Shown in pieces: positions 1 to 13,424 of a DNA stretch of 64,000 nucleotides. Numbering within the stretch: position 1 is the first letter of the stretch; each line of letters opens with the position of its first letter. A program made the translations under genes and the position numbers. The stretch is from assembly GCA_965287045.1 (NCBI GenBank), contig OZ336882.1, forward strand, positions 57,350,001 to 57,414,000. Reading direction: 5' to 3'. The notes under the pieces are model-generated. The model did not search any database and was not told where the DNA came from. It saw only the letters and a program-made list of their open reading frames with translations. This DNA is from Carcharhinus amblyrhynchos. Lineage: Eukaryota.

Positions 1-3000
1 TTATTCCATTGTTTCTCCCTCATATAGGGATAGGATCTAAAGAGCTGTCCTCTGGGCTGTCGCTATTACCACTAATTTCTTCTTCAAGTTAGAGCTAAGG
101 GAATCACATATGTAGATCTCAGTAACTGACTAAGTAACCCAGCTATGGTACTGGTGCTTGGGAGTCCTCAGAAGGACACCTGCTCTCCAATTTGTGATCT
201 TCTGGAAGCTCTGGCTGTTGGAAAGCACTGAGAAGAAAGAGGAAAGGGAGGAGAATGAGTTGCAAAGGATGTACCACAATATTATTTAAAGCAATCAATC
301 TGGCTGAATGTGCGTATTTGCCAATGGCTAATGAAGGAACACAAGGAATTAACAGAGATCCTGTTTGCTGAAGCCTTCTAATTCAAAGTGCCCACCCATC
401 ACCTTAGCTGATTGCCCCAGCTCAACCTGGACTGTGTGGTTAGCTGGTCCTGCGACAACCTCAGGGTTTTATGCCGCAGGGAGAGAGGTAGTGAGTGACG
501 ACTGAGAAGAGTACAGTTTTGTGCAGTTTATGCTGCCTGTGCTGAAAGGAGGCAGAAGGAAGATGCCAAGTAGATGATAGGATTGTTGAATGTGGAGCAA
601 GTGCTGGGTCTGTGAAGTAATAAGGGAATTCGGAGAGTGTTGATTCTGCAAAAGCAGGTTAATGGTTGGAGGTTGTTGCTGGTGAGAGCTGTGAAGGGAA
701 CAAAGAAGTGATGATTATTTATTTGTAATCAAATGACAGAATGTCCTATGGTGAAGGAAGTGATGCAGGGAAAATAATTACCATTTGTGGTTGAGAAGAA
801 GGCTGAAGGATTGTTTTTAAAAAGATAATTCTCAGGGCATGGGCATCTATAGCATTTCCAGCAATTGTTGCTCATCTGTAATTGCTGTTGAGAAGGTGGT
901 GGTGAGCTATCTTCTTAAACTATTGCAAGTATAGTTGTTTGTATAAATGAAGGACTTGATGGGCCATTTCAGAATCAACCACATTGTTGTGGCTTGGTGA
1001 AGTCATGTACAGGCCAGATCAGGTAAGGATAGCAGACTTCTTTTCCTGAATGACATTAGTACACCAGATTGTCTTTCTGCAACAGTGTGGTTGCTCCATG
1101 GTCACCAGTACTGATACCAGTTATTTCATTCCAGATTAATTTGATTAACCATGTTCACACACCCCAGTCTTCATGGTGGAATTTGAACTCATGAGTCTGA
1201 AGCAGCACTCCTGGCTATTTTTGCTCAGGCAGTTGCAATGTGATCCAGAGAGGATAAAATGAAGAAGCATTGCTACTCCAGCAAGATCCTGGAAGCATAT
1301 CCCACATTGTACTCACGACCTGGGATAACATTCCTTGAGTTAATGCTCTGTCTCGATGCCAGGTGGAAAATATATTAAACAATCCCACTGGCGTTGCTGA
1401 AGAACAGCAATTCTCTTCTCACCCTTACCTTTCCACAATCAATTTGATGGAGGTTTCAAAGAACCTAGGTGCCTGCATCTAACTTATTCACCATATGATT
1501 TTCCTTTGCCATGCTAGTGAAGCAAGCCAAAAGGGAAAGCACCACATTTTAAGAGATGCCTCCCTGTTTTAGGTGGGCCTCTGTCTAATCCATCAGAAAT
1601 ATACGCTGGAAGAGGGTATATTTCCCATTGAGTCAGTCAATTCAAAATACAGCATTGAATTGGGAGAATACCCTGGGTCTGTTATTGTGGCTGCAGTAGT
1701 TGAATTTCAAATTGAAATGAAAATTTATCAGCCCAGAGTTAAAATTGATGCTTTTGACTTCACCAATGTTTCTATTAATTCAATACCAATCACATTGGTG
1801 ATGCATGAAACCAGACATTCATAATTCTTTTGATAATACATTTATGTACATAATTTGGCTTTACAAAAGCCTGCTTCCTATCTGCCATCACCATGTCTCA
1901 GCAGTCTCGTTTTGTAAGTGCTCTAAATACTTAATTAAACAATGTCTTTCACCTTCATATTTTTACCATTTAATTAAAATACTATTAACAGTACATTGAA
2001 AAATACCAGTTAGTCACAAATAACCAGAAAACACCAAACTGCTTTGCTGTACATGAAATTGATGAAGAAAAGAAAAAAATTCCAATAAGGCTACTGTTCA
2101 TCACTAGTTATACCATGAAAAATAATAAATACTGTTAAATAAAATGTGAGTATAATAGTAAAATACTTGTTATTTTACAGCCTAGTAATAATTTTACAGT
2201 AATTCCTGAACTTCTTGGCAATAACCTTAGCTCATACAGATTGCAATTGTATCTTAGCTTTGAGTCTCACAACCTCCCACTGTTGCACTGAAACCATACT
2301 ATTCAGACAAACTGTCCAAGACTGACTTCCTCATGGAGAGAGAGACAAAGGTCAGCATCCAACCCTTCCCTCAGTTCTCTGCTGGGTCTTGGCTCAACTA
2401 GCCACCAATCGAAGTCAACACTGTAAATGACAACAGCTCTCTATGCTTGGGATGGGAGTTAAGGCCACTTAGCTAAACATCCCCCACTGGACATATTGAA
2501 TCAAAACCATTCTTGCTTTAAAAGCTGTGAACTGCTTTAGAATATGTTTGATGATCCACCTTTGTCTGATGAGATATAGAAAAATAAACATTTTTATGGC
2601 TGCGTCATTTTCTCTTGGGGTAGTACACAAATTATGCACATAAACGTATTATGAAAAAATTTCTAACCACCAATTGTTCCATGCCTGTTGGCTTATTACT
2701 ATAAAAAGGTATACTTGAGTTCTAGGAGTTATCTTAGCATCTAAATTTAACTCTAGAGTAGTTACATAATACACATGAAACAGAAAAGTCCTCTTTAGCC
2801 CAAATAGATAAAGATCCTAATGAGCCAAGTAGTCTCCACTTTTGTGGTGTGCATCCTCTCTGGCATGCTTTGAGTTTTCAAGAAATGAGAAATTATTCAG
2901 GATGAGAAAGCAAAAGAATGAAAGAACAGTAAAAAACTAAAATAGAAAGTGGGCACAAAGGAATGGAGTTGATGTGCTCATTCACAGTCATCTATATGAA

Positions 3001-4559
3001 CAGCTGAGGCAAAGGGTGAAATTGTACACATCCTCTTTAATCCAGGTGGGTTTACCCATCTCTATCTAAGGGAAGTAGTTGATCTCCATTAGCATTGCTC
3101 ATAGATTTTATGCCTTCTTCCCAGCTATCACTCTGTTTGTTTCACACTTCAGTTCTTTTTTGTTCACTTTATCTTATTTTCCTGATTTTCCTTCTTGCTT
3201 TATATAGTTCTCTCTTTAATGGTGTTTTTTCTTTGCCTCTCTTAAGCAAGAGGAAGGGAATAGATTTAATGCTGTGATTCAGTTGTAGCAGGCTTGATGA
3301 ACCAGCTGGTTTTTTTCTTGTCCTTTCTGATGCAGAGTAGCTGCTTTGACTTTCTTGTTCACGTTCCCTTTTTTACAAGTCTCCTCTCTGTCTCTTTTCT
3401 TTGTAGTTTCTCTGTTTGATTCTATTATCTTTTCTCTATGCATGTACATTTCTTTCTGTATGCCTTTTCTTTCTCAGTGGCCAATTTGGTATATAAAGTA
3501 ACTCAGTTCTAATAATTTCATATACTACCTGTAGTATAATAACAACCTCCATGATTAAATATCTTAACCAGTGCCATTGATAGAGCTCTGTTACATCAAT
3601 ATCAGTGCAAACAGTGAAATGGATTTCTGATAGCAGGATTCTAATGGAACATTAGGTAATGGTACTGGAATTAATCATTCCCAGTGAATTGGCACAGAAT
3701 CTAACCGCACATTGGCAAGAATGTGATCAGATCAGGAATGCATTTATGGAGATGTCACCATAATCAGAAAGATGGAAACCAGATGCTGTGGAACAAATCT
3801 GATATCTGAACTGAATAATCTTAATTTACTCATGTAAACTTTCCACAGAGAAGCTCACTTAGTGCGATTATCCTGCTAAACATATTTTAATTACACTTCA
3901 ATCCACATTTCTGGTTTGAACTCAACAATTAGGATTTGGAACTGAGCCCCGTGATAACTTCCATGCAGCAAGAACTATTTTGCCACCCTTACAAACGTAT
4001 ATAAGGGTCACACTTGGAGCCATATGCAGAGCTGTACCTGCACCTTATCTATTACTTGGTAACAGCCATAGCCGTAGCTGTGTCAAACATGTGTGTCTGC
4101 AGTCTTTGTTTCCTTTCTCTGGTCTCCTGTTCAATCTTTTTCCAATACCTTTTGGAACTATGATTAGATTATTGGTTGTATTTTCTTTGCTGCACACCTC
4201 AAGAGGCAACATAGGTCCAAAGGTTGCATTTCTATAACTAATTGTAGGTGACAAATCAAAATGGGTGCAATACTTTATCATTAGCAGTGACTGTCAGTGA
4301 AGTTTTTTTGATAAACTGTTAACAAGAGTTGCATTTTCTGTATTTTTTTTAAACAGTACGTGGCTGGGACTGGTTTAGACCAGCATTTGGTGACTTAGCT
4401 GGATATATTTAACAACTTCATGTAGTTGGGAAACTGGGTATTAAAAAAAAACCTGACTCCAGCTGTTGTGATCGGTTTGAATTGTGTAAGTTTTTTAAAC
4501 CTGAACCAGGAAACTTTAAGAATGATCTTAGCTTACACATCTTAACTAACAGAGGAAGT

Positions 4560-5100
4560 TATATTCTCGAATTTGAGGATCCTGAAACCAGGCCTGACAT
4601 TTAACTCAAGTCTCTCAAGTACGGGTCTTGGTTCTCACCATACTACTCTAGGGTGTTGAAGTTTGGATGCCACATCAACGTCCTAGAAGAACATCACAAA
4701 CACTGTCTAAGAAGGATCTTGAAAATCAAATGAGGACAAAAGAACAAACATGAACAACTTTCCAGATAGGCCGCTTACAGAGGCCATGATAGTCTCACGT
4801 GAACTAAGATGGATGGGACATTGTCAGAATGCCCAACTAAAATATGCCATATAATTTTGAAATATATCAGTGACTTTGTTCACAGGTGAGCCAAAAGAAA
4901 CATTTGAAAAGCCATCCCAGAGCCTCCCTGAATTTCTGGTCTATTCACATCAACAGAAGGGAAGCAGGTGGCCAATTATGACTAAAATGATGATTCATCA
5001 TTGAAAATGGGGTCAAAACCTTCCAATCGAGAGAGCAATGAAAGAATGGTGAAAAAGATGAAAAGAAAGGGCAGCTGCTCAAACCACCAACATCTCTACT
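4560..5100 (+). mobile_element. Decayed RTE-clade LINE C-terminal fragment (probable continuation ~8830-8950)
   Basis: Frameshifted TILL.G...HHKHCLRRILKIK...ELRWMGH..RMP-like motifs typical of the RTE ORF C-terminus. Confidence 0.55.
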
Positions 5101-5777
5101 GACCCCGCTGGAGTGAAGGGTGGCCATTGAGGCCTCCCAGAATGTCAGGGGTAAGGGGAAGATGCCCCTGGCAATACCACCCTAGTCCCCAGCACTGCCC
5201 GAGGGTCAAAGTGCTAATGTTCAGGTGGCACCTTGGCATTGTTCACCAGGCATCGGGCAGTGCCAAGGGGGTAGGGACAGAGGGAGCACAGCCTAATGGG
5301 GTGGGGCTTCTGGTGGGGAGATCGATAGGGGTGGGGGGTCCCGCTGCCACTCTGGAGAGGGATCAATAATAGAGGGAGGGAGGCAGGTAACTGGGGTTGG
5401 TTATCAAGGTGGGGTCAAGGCTGGGTCAGAGATTGGGAGATCAGGACTGCCATTTGTGAAGGAATCAGATGATTGGGACTGCGGGGTGGGCGGGGGAGAG
5501 GCTGGCCCAGACATGTCCAGGAGGCCAGCGATCGGGTGGTGGGAGGCTCTGCAAGCCAGTGGTGTGGGGCTGCCGCACACGTGCCGATCTCTGCACTGTC
5601 AGAGTGGCCCAATCAGTGCTACGCTGCCAGCCCTGCCCAGAGATTTTTAATGAGGTTCTGCAGTGCACAGAGTGTGGGAGATTTATTTTGAAACTCACGC
5701 TGAAAAAAACAGCAGGATCTACTCCAGTTTTTAACGCAAATTTGACACTTTGAATTTCTTTGGGAAAATCGCTCCCA
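5100..5777. mobile_element. GC-rich repeat, possibly a non-autonomous DNA transposon (one terminus visible)
   Basis: Abrupt GC-rich, G-run-rich block ending gggaaaatcgctccc. No coding signature and no matching opposite terminus seen. Confidence 0.3.
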
Positions 5778-7287
5778 AGAAGTCACTGATGGGAGTGATG
5801 ATCTGAAGCCCTAATTGTACTACATGGTTGAACACAGCATAAACAAAGAGATAATGGGAGCTTGTCAGAGAGGTATTGCAATAATCATGTGGGTTTTAAT
5901 CTACAAATTGATTGGAAGAATCAGATGAGCAAAGGTAGTTTAAATGCAGAGTTCGTGGAATGTTTTCAGGATAGTTTCTTAGAACAGCATATTCTGGAGC
6001 CAACCAGATCTCTGTGGCTCCAGGCTATACTGGACTTGGTATTATGCAATGGGATTGGATTAATTGATAACCTCATAGTAAAGGCACCCCTAGGTAGCAG
6101 CAATCACAATATGATTTAATTTTACATTCACTTTGAGGGAGAGAAGAGTGCATCCAAGACCAGCATTTTCAACTTAAATAAAGACAACTATGAGGGTATG
6201 AAAATGGAGCTAGCTAACATGAACTGGGAAATATGCTTCAGTTATACATCAACAGATGTTCAACAGCAGACATTTAAAGGGATATTTTGGAATATACTGA
6301 TTAGTCACGTTCTAATGAGAAAGAAAACATCCAAGGGAAGGGTCCATCACCTGTGGTTAACTAAAAATGTTAAATACAGTACTAAAATGAAAGAAAAAGC
6401 ATATATTTGCACAAAGACGAGTGGCAAGTCAAAAGGTTACAAAGAATATTAAGAACATCAAAGAAAGAGAAAAACATTGATAAGGAAGGAAACAACTGGA
6501 GTACAAGAGAAAGTTACCCAGTAATATAAAGGTGGACAATAAGCAGTTTCATAGATATTTAAATAAGAAAAGAGTTAACCAAATGAGCATTGGTCCAATA
6601 GAAAACCCATCTGGGGAATTGGTATTGGGAAGTAGGGCTATGACTGATGAATTAACAAGGCAATTTTGCATTTGTCTTCACTTAGAGAGGATACCAGTAA
6701 CATCCCGGAAACAACTGTAATCAAGAAATGGAAGAGAGGGAGGCACTCATGTAAATTATAATCACTTGGGAAGTAAATTATTGGGTCTACAGTGGACAAA
6801 TCCTTAGGCCCAGATGAATTTCACCCAAAAGTCTTGAAAAAAGTTGCTAATGAAATAGTTGATACATTGGTGCTAATTTTCCAAATTCCCCTAGATTCAT
6901 GGAAGATTCCATTAGATTGGAAGTTAGCAAATGTAACCTTTTTATTCAAAAAGGGAAGACAGAAAGCAGCAAACTATAGGCCAGTTAGCCTAACATCTGT
7001 CATAGGGAAAATATTAGAAGCCATTATTAAAAATACTATAGAGGGCACTTGGAAAAAAAAATGAAGGCAATCAGGCAGAGCCAACATCTCATGGTTTTGT
7101 GAAAGAAAAATCACATTTAACTAATTTATTGGAGTTCTTTGAAGGAGTCATGTGTGCTATGAGTAAAGGAGAACTGGTGAATGTACTGTACTTGGTTTCC
7201 AGAAGACTTTTCACATGATGCCATATGAAAGCTCACAGTGTAGGGATAACATATTGGCATGGATGGAAGATTGGCTAGCTAACAGGA

Positions 7288-7517
7288 TGTGGGTATGCCA
7301 GCGTTGGACTGGCGTAAACACAGTAAAAAGTCTGACAACACCAGGTTTTAGTCCAACCGATTTATTTGATAATAGACTCACAAGCTTTCGGGGTTAGTCC
7401 CTTCGTCAGGCCAGAACTCTCCATTCACCTGACGAAGGGACTAACCCCGAAAGCTTGTGAGTCTATTATCAAATAAATCGGTTGGACTAAAACCTGGTGT
7501 TGTCAGACTTTTTACTG
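7288..7517. mobile_element. Miniature fold-back Penelope-like insertion (pLTR only)
   Basis: 91-bp perfect inverted arms (7320-7410 and 7428-7518) with 17-nt spacer; same family as 16470-17450. TSD TAGCTAACAGGA at 7276-7287 and 7518-7529, inside a CR1. Confidence 0.92.
7424..7461 (+). ncRNA. Minimal hammerhead ribozyme motif
   Basis: ttcac-CTGACGA-a-GGG actaac CCC-GAAA-gctt-gtgag. Confidence 0.7.
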
Positions 7518-7896
7518 TAGCTAACAGGAAACAGAGTTGGCATAAATTGATTTTTTTCTAATTGGCAGGATGTGACAAGTGGTCTGCATATGGATTAGTG
7601 CAGGGCTCTCAACATTTTACATTTTACAACATTTTACAATTTATGACTTGGATAAAAATGACTTGGACGAAAGGAGTGAAGGTATGGCTGCTAAATTTGC
7701 TGGTAATGCAAAAATAGTTAGGGGAAGTAAATTGTGAAGAGGATCTAAGGAGGCTGTAAAAGAACATAGGTTAAGTGAGTGGGCAAAAATCTGCCCAATG
7801 GAGTATAATGTGGGAAAATGTGAAGTTGTCCATTTAGGCAGGAAGAATAGCTAAGAAGCTTATTACCTAAATGGTGAAAGATTGCAGAGCTCTGGA

Positions 7897-8243
7897 TTGA
7901 GGCATACAAGATGATCAGAGGAATACATAGGGTTGACAGTGAGAGACTTTTTCCTCGGATGGTGATGGCTAACACAAGGGGACATAGCTTTAAATTGAGG
8001 GGTGATAAATATAGGACAGATGTCAGAGGTACTTTCTTTACTCAGAGGGTAGTAAGGGCATGGAATGCCCTGCCTGTAGCAGTTGTGGACTCGCCAACTT
8101 TAAGGGCATTCAAATGGTCATTGGATAGGCATATGGATAATATTGGAATAGTTTAGGTTAGAGGGTCATTAGATTGGTTCCACTGGTCGGCGCAACATCG
8201 AGGGCCGAAGGGCCTGTGCTGCGCTGTAATGTTCTATGTTCTA
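7897..8243 (+). mobile_element. Younger CR1 3' fragment nested in older CR1
   Basis: TRGHSFKL..FFTQRVVRAWNALP..FK..LD; tail gttctatgttcta. Confidence 0.85.
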
Positions 8244-11200
8244 ATTAGGAAAGCAAATAGTATATTATTATTTATATGAGCGGAACTAAATTTAGAAGTA
8301 GGAAGATTATGCTTTATTTGTAAAGGGTTTTGGTGAGACCACATCTGAAGTATTGTTCTCCTTATTTAAAGAAAAATGCAAATGCTTTTGAACAGTTCAG
8401 AAGAGGTTTACAACACTAATTCCAGGAATGAGTGGATTGCCTTTTGAGGAAAGATTGGAGAGGTTAGGTTTGTGTCCACTGGAATTTAGAAGAGACGACG
8501 ATGAAACTTATAAGATTCGGAGGGGTATTGACAGTGTGTGTGGATGTTTCCTCTTGTCAGAGAATCTAGAGCTAGAAGTCATCGTTTCAAAATAAGGGCT
8601 CGCTCATTTAAGATGGAGATGAGGAGAATTATTTTCTCTCACCCGGTAGTGGAAACAGAGTCTTTGTATATTTTAAGGCATTCTCGATTACCAAGAGGGT
8701 GAAACATTATTGCGGGGTAGGTAGGAAAGCAGGGTTGAAGTTACAAGTAGATCAGCCATGATGTTACTGAATGCTGGAGCTGGCTTGAAAGGCCAAGTGG
8801 GCCACACTTGCTTCTAATTCGTATGTTCATATGTCCTCATTGTAGGACAGACTACAAGGCTACTATAGAGCCCACAGGTTGTCTGCAAAACCGATAGCCA
8901 ACACTGACATCATCACAGCCATCCACAAGGAATAATCATGAGAGATTGCTGATGGTGGCATCTCAATTCTTGATACTGGATAGCATCAGCCTCTCTGAAT
9001 TCAGATGAGAGTAAAATAACCTGGATATAGGGCAAATCTTGATCTTTGAGTGATGTGTTTTAGATTGTGTAGTTCAAGGTGAATAGGTATTATACCATAC
9101 TAAATACTGAATGGCCTTAACCCATTGGGTAGGGTCAATAAGAGGGAATGAAACACCACAGTTGAAATTGTTCAATTTCTGAGAAACAGACGGATTGATT
9201 GACAGTCATTAAAATGTACATTATGAATTGTTAGATATTACTTTCTGTGACAAATTTGAAGAGCAATTAATCTGCAAATACAGCCAGTTTTTAAAAATAA
9301 CAGGAGTCTATAGATGAGATGTTGCTTGCACAAAGCAAATGATGGAGCAGCATTTGTCAACCAACAAGCTCTGGAGATTTTCATTTTTCGGCATATCACT
9401 TAATTCCTGCATTTACTAGCCAATATGCTCATTAAATATGGTATGGATCATTTGTCACCTTCATTTTTTGCAGCAGAATCAGTGTGTCTAAGAATGGATG
9501 CAGATAGAATTCTGCAGCAAGCATTTGGAACAATGCTTTGTCTCTGATTTGGCATGCAGCATGCTGTGAAAAAACTCCCAGTGATCAACATCTTAAGATC
9601 TTACAGAGGTACTGTGCTTCCCACCAAAGAACACATGCCAGGAGCTCAGGAATATGAAGCAGAACGAAAGGAGCCACAGACAAGCTGGGCGGAGATTCTC
9701 TATGGCTTGGTAATATGGAGAAAGATTTTTGAGCAGTTTCTCTGGGTGAGGCTGAAGAGCTAGAGTCGAAACAGCCACTTAAGGTACCTAAATTGGACAA
9801 AAAGTGGCAAAGGACACTAAGCTGAGCATTTGTTTCTGAAGATAAGATTGAAAAGGGAGAGGAAAAGATGAAACAGAATGAGGCATACAGAAAAGTGTGA
9901 TCGAGGACAGAGAGATATAACAGAAATTATTGTATCTTCAATATGTTTGTGTGTTTAATAAAACATTAGAAATTCATAGCACATTCAGTCATTTGTATTT
10001 TTGTTGGAGCAAACCAACCTAATTCTACAGAGCAGCTCACTTCCCATATGCTTGTATATTTAAACTTTTTCCTTCAAAAATGTATTGGCTTCTATCTCTA
10101 TGCTAATCCTGGTAAAGGAGTCCATTCTGCAACAATTTGATGCAGAAAGAAAATTAATTAAATCTCTTTACTCAGTGACAATATTAAATGAATAACCCTC
10201 TTATCTCTGACTTTGTGAACCAGAAGAAATATTTCCTTATCAAAATACTCACTTTAAAAAGCTCTCTTAAATCTGTCATCGCCTTCAATGCTCCACTGGA
10301 GACACTCCAGGAATTTCAAATAAAATGTTAATCTTGAATTTCCACAGTTATGCCACCTTGCCACTTTCGGAATACACCATGCCAGCTGATTGTTTGCAGA
10401 TGGAGTCACATAGAATTTCTGAGTCTGCTAGTTTGCATCAGTTTGATCACTGGCATAAATTGTACAGAAAACCTGATGTAACAGCTGAACTACTGGAAAA
10501 CTTCTGTGCAACCCCTTTACAATTCAAGACCTTGATTTTCAGCAGCAGGTTGTAGGACAATTAAAAAAGGGCCCATTTCTGGCTCTTTTCACTCTCAAAT
10601 AATTGCATTGCAAGCCACTGCAAAATCTTTACAGAATAGCAACCATTCAAATACCACATGCTTCCAGAGGGTCGGTGGTTCAACCTTTACTGATGCAAAC
10701 CTTCCCACAAAAGTTGACAGCAGTGGGAAGAGACTTCACTAAACCTGTGTTTCAACGCTCTCAGCCTGGGTGAGTACCAGAAAAAACTCAACAATCTCTC
10801 GGGCTTTTAAAGTAACACATTGGGTCCTTGCTTGCCCACCCTGGGCACCAGTACAATCCTCATCCTCTTAAACCCATCATGCTGCAACTAACCTTTCATA
10901 CGGCACTACAGTTCAGGGTGGTTCTTTTTCTGTACCCTGCATTATAGTGGCACAGTTCCAGAACACCAAATACTTCCACACATAACCTGAAAATCTTTAC
11001 TTCCACAATACTCTCACTTCTTTTGCATCAGCTTTTCAGTGCTGCTTAGTACTGGCCTTGGGCTTTGTGGAGTCTACTCATCATAGGACAACTCTGTAAT
11101 CCCAATATCGAGTCTAGTGAAGCATTTTTGTTGTGTCTCCAAGGCACATACATCTTTCCTTCGATATGGAGATCAAAACTGCTCATAGTCCTCCAGGTGC

Positions 11201-11704
11201 AAGCTCAATGAAATTGTAGCAAGACTTCCTTGTACTCCAGTCCTTTTCCAATCTTTCAGTCACAAAAGCGCTTCAACCAATATCCTACCACTCAGCCAAT
11301 TTTGAATTCAATTTGCCACTTTCCCTTCCATTTAAGGGACTATTCTGATCAAACTTTCATATGTCTTGCTAAAAGCTACATAGACCACATCAAACACACT
11401 ATCCACATCGACTTTCTTTCCTTCTTTAAAAAGTCAATGAAATTAGGCAGGCATGATCTTCACTTAACAAATCCATGCTGACTGTCCTTGAGTAACCTAT
11501 GCCATTCTAAGTTCAATTAATACTGTCCCTTAGAACTCTTTACAATCGAGGTTAGGCTTGTAGCCTTTAATTACTTGATCTATAACTTCCTCCCTTTTCA
11601 CACACCAGTACGATATTAGCTGTCCTTTTGTACCATGTATGTTGAAACAAGGGTTTGGAAATTAATGTTCAGCGTCTTCCCTACTTCCTCTCTAACTTTC
11701 CATA

Positions 11705-12040
11705 TTTGATTTGATTCTGACTTGATATGATTTATTATTGTCACATGTATTGTTTCTTGCACACTATACAAAGCATGGCATACATAAAGGAGAGAATGCA
11801 GAATGTGGTATTACAGTCATAGCTAGCGTGTAGAAAAAGAGCAACTTAATGCAAGGTAGGTCCATTCAAAAGTCTGATGGCAGCAGGGAAGAAGTTGTTC
11901 TTGAGTCAGTTGGTACATGTCCTCAGACTTTTATACCATTTTCTCAACAGAAGAAGATGGAAGAGAGTATGTCCGGGGTGCGTGGGCTCCTTAATTATGT
12001 TGGCTGCCTTTCCAAGGTAGCAGGAAGTGTAGGCAGTGTA
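11705..12040 (-). mobile_element. Rex1/Babar-type LINE 3' end (same family as 42370-43125)
   Basis: Clear nucleotide similarity (ccattcaaaagtctg..gcagggaagaag..gttcttgagtca.ttggtac.tgtcctcagacttt) and an aatca-type tail. Confidence 0.75.
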
Positions 12041-12804
12041 GACAAATTGGGATATTGTACATGTCAGTATCACTGTAGACTGCTTTTTGCATCTTCACTT
12101 CTTCAGGAATTTTCACTCATAGATGTGGATTTCTTTTCTGAAGTGCTATTTGTTGTAAAGAGGCAAAAGGACTCCACAACTTGGACCATGGGGCATGTTT
12201 GCAGATTTGTTGATAAACCTGGCAGCTGATCTTCACACAGCAAGAACCCACAAGATCTGCAGATTCATTGAAATACCAATTATTCTCTTTCTGGCAGTGT
12301 TGGTTGAGAAGTTCCAGAATAAATACCTGGTCTTTCTCAAATTCTGTTATGAGATATTTTTTACATCCTCCTAACCAATTGATAGGCTGAATGTAATCCA
12401 AGAAATGGCACGTTTCAATAACAATGTCATTCAACAAATGGCACAAATTCAATACTTCACTGTCAGGCTTGACTAAATGACACAAATTCTGAACAGCCAA
12501 TATTCTGAGGTAGAAGAGTGAGTTATATCAAGGGAACACTAGCAATTTTTTTTTGTTCAATTACTTCCACAGATTACTGGAGTAAAGCCCAAGCTTTGGA
12601 GAAACAGCAAGCAGAGAATACACAGGACAATGTCACCATGACATGTGTATGGAACCAGTACATGGTATCCTTTCTTCACATTCCAAAAGGCCTCTGACCT
12701 GAGAATGTTACTTTCTGTCTCAAATTGGGTTATTGCCATTCAGTATATCCAGTGGAACTGGTCTGTGCAGTATATATTCTGCACCAGAAAGGAAACTGCA
12801 CAAT

Positions 12805-12870
12805 GATTTTCACAGTTACTTCACTGCAGTGTTACTGTAAGCCTACTTGTGACACTAATAAATATACTTA
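12805..12870 (+). mobile_element. 5'-truncated type B tail only
   Basis: gattttcacagttacttcactgcagtgttactgtaagcctacttgtgacactaataaat. Confidence 0.75.
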
Positions 12871-13424
12871 AAATAACTGACTCTGGCGGTAACAAGGCAT
12901 TGATGGAAGTCTCACTCATATTTCTGCTGAAGCAGGGCAGAGACCGGTGGTGCTACAATTTTGGAATTAGGTGCTTTTTGTCATCTAGGATTAGAAATTC
13001 AATCAATATCAAGTGGTGAAGAACCTGGTTCAGCCTGAGACAATGGCAGACAGGTGGATGGAGTAAGTGGTGAGGGTATTGATTTCGTGATGGGGTCTGA
13101 AGACAATGAGTTTGATTTTTCCACAATTAAACTAGAGGATGCTACAGCTCATTGCGGGTGATTCCAGTCAGCATAATGTGATGATCCTTTGGCTTTGGGA
13201 AAAAAGCTCACTTTTTTTTGAGAATGCTCTTTAATTCCAAAGTGAAACTGAAGAGTATTCTGAAAAGGATGCAATTGGACTTTCTAGTAGGCATTTTGGT
13301 TCCAAGAAATGACCTGTGTGACCAGAGGTTGTTGCAAGGCAAAAAGTTAAAAAGAAACAGAGAAGACTCTGCAAATAGAGCGAGGACTATGTTATCATGC
13401 ATATTACATAGTTGGAATGTACAT

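Larger units (their letters stand above)
5780..8830 (+). mobile_element. Decayed CR1/HER1-type LINE (endonuclease C-term through RT to 3' UTR) with nested inserts
   Basis: ORF fragments LEQHILEPTR..AILDLVL..SNHN, KSLGPDEFHPKVLK..DWKLANVT..NYRPVSLTS. Multiple stops and frameshifts. Confidence 0.88.

Noticed and set aside
1573-1824. 83-aa plus-strand ORF
   Set aside because: GTG start, no recognisable domain, no linked exons.
4036-4231. Minus-strand exon-like segment with a 78-aa ORF
   Set aside because: Weak acceptor, phase incompatible with the open frame of the 9605-9835 candidate, no recognisable homology.
5127-5753. Several overlapping ORFs on both strands
   Set aside because: GC-rich repeat; low-complexity translations without recognisable motifs.
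7320-7518. Reading the hairpin as a DNA-transposon MITE or pre-miRNA
   Set aside because: Arms are PLE pLTR sequence, and an asymmetric tail lies outside the inverted arms.
12573-12664. Plus-strand exon-like segment after a strong pyrimidine tract
   Set aside because: Weak donor, no partner exons or recognisable protein.
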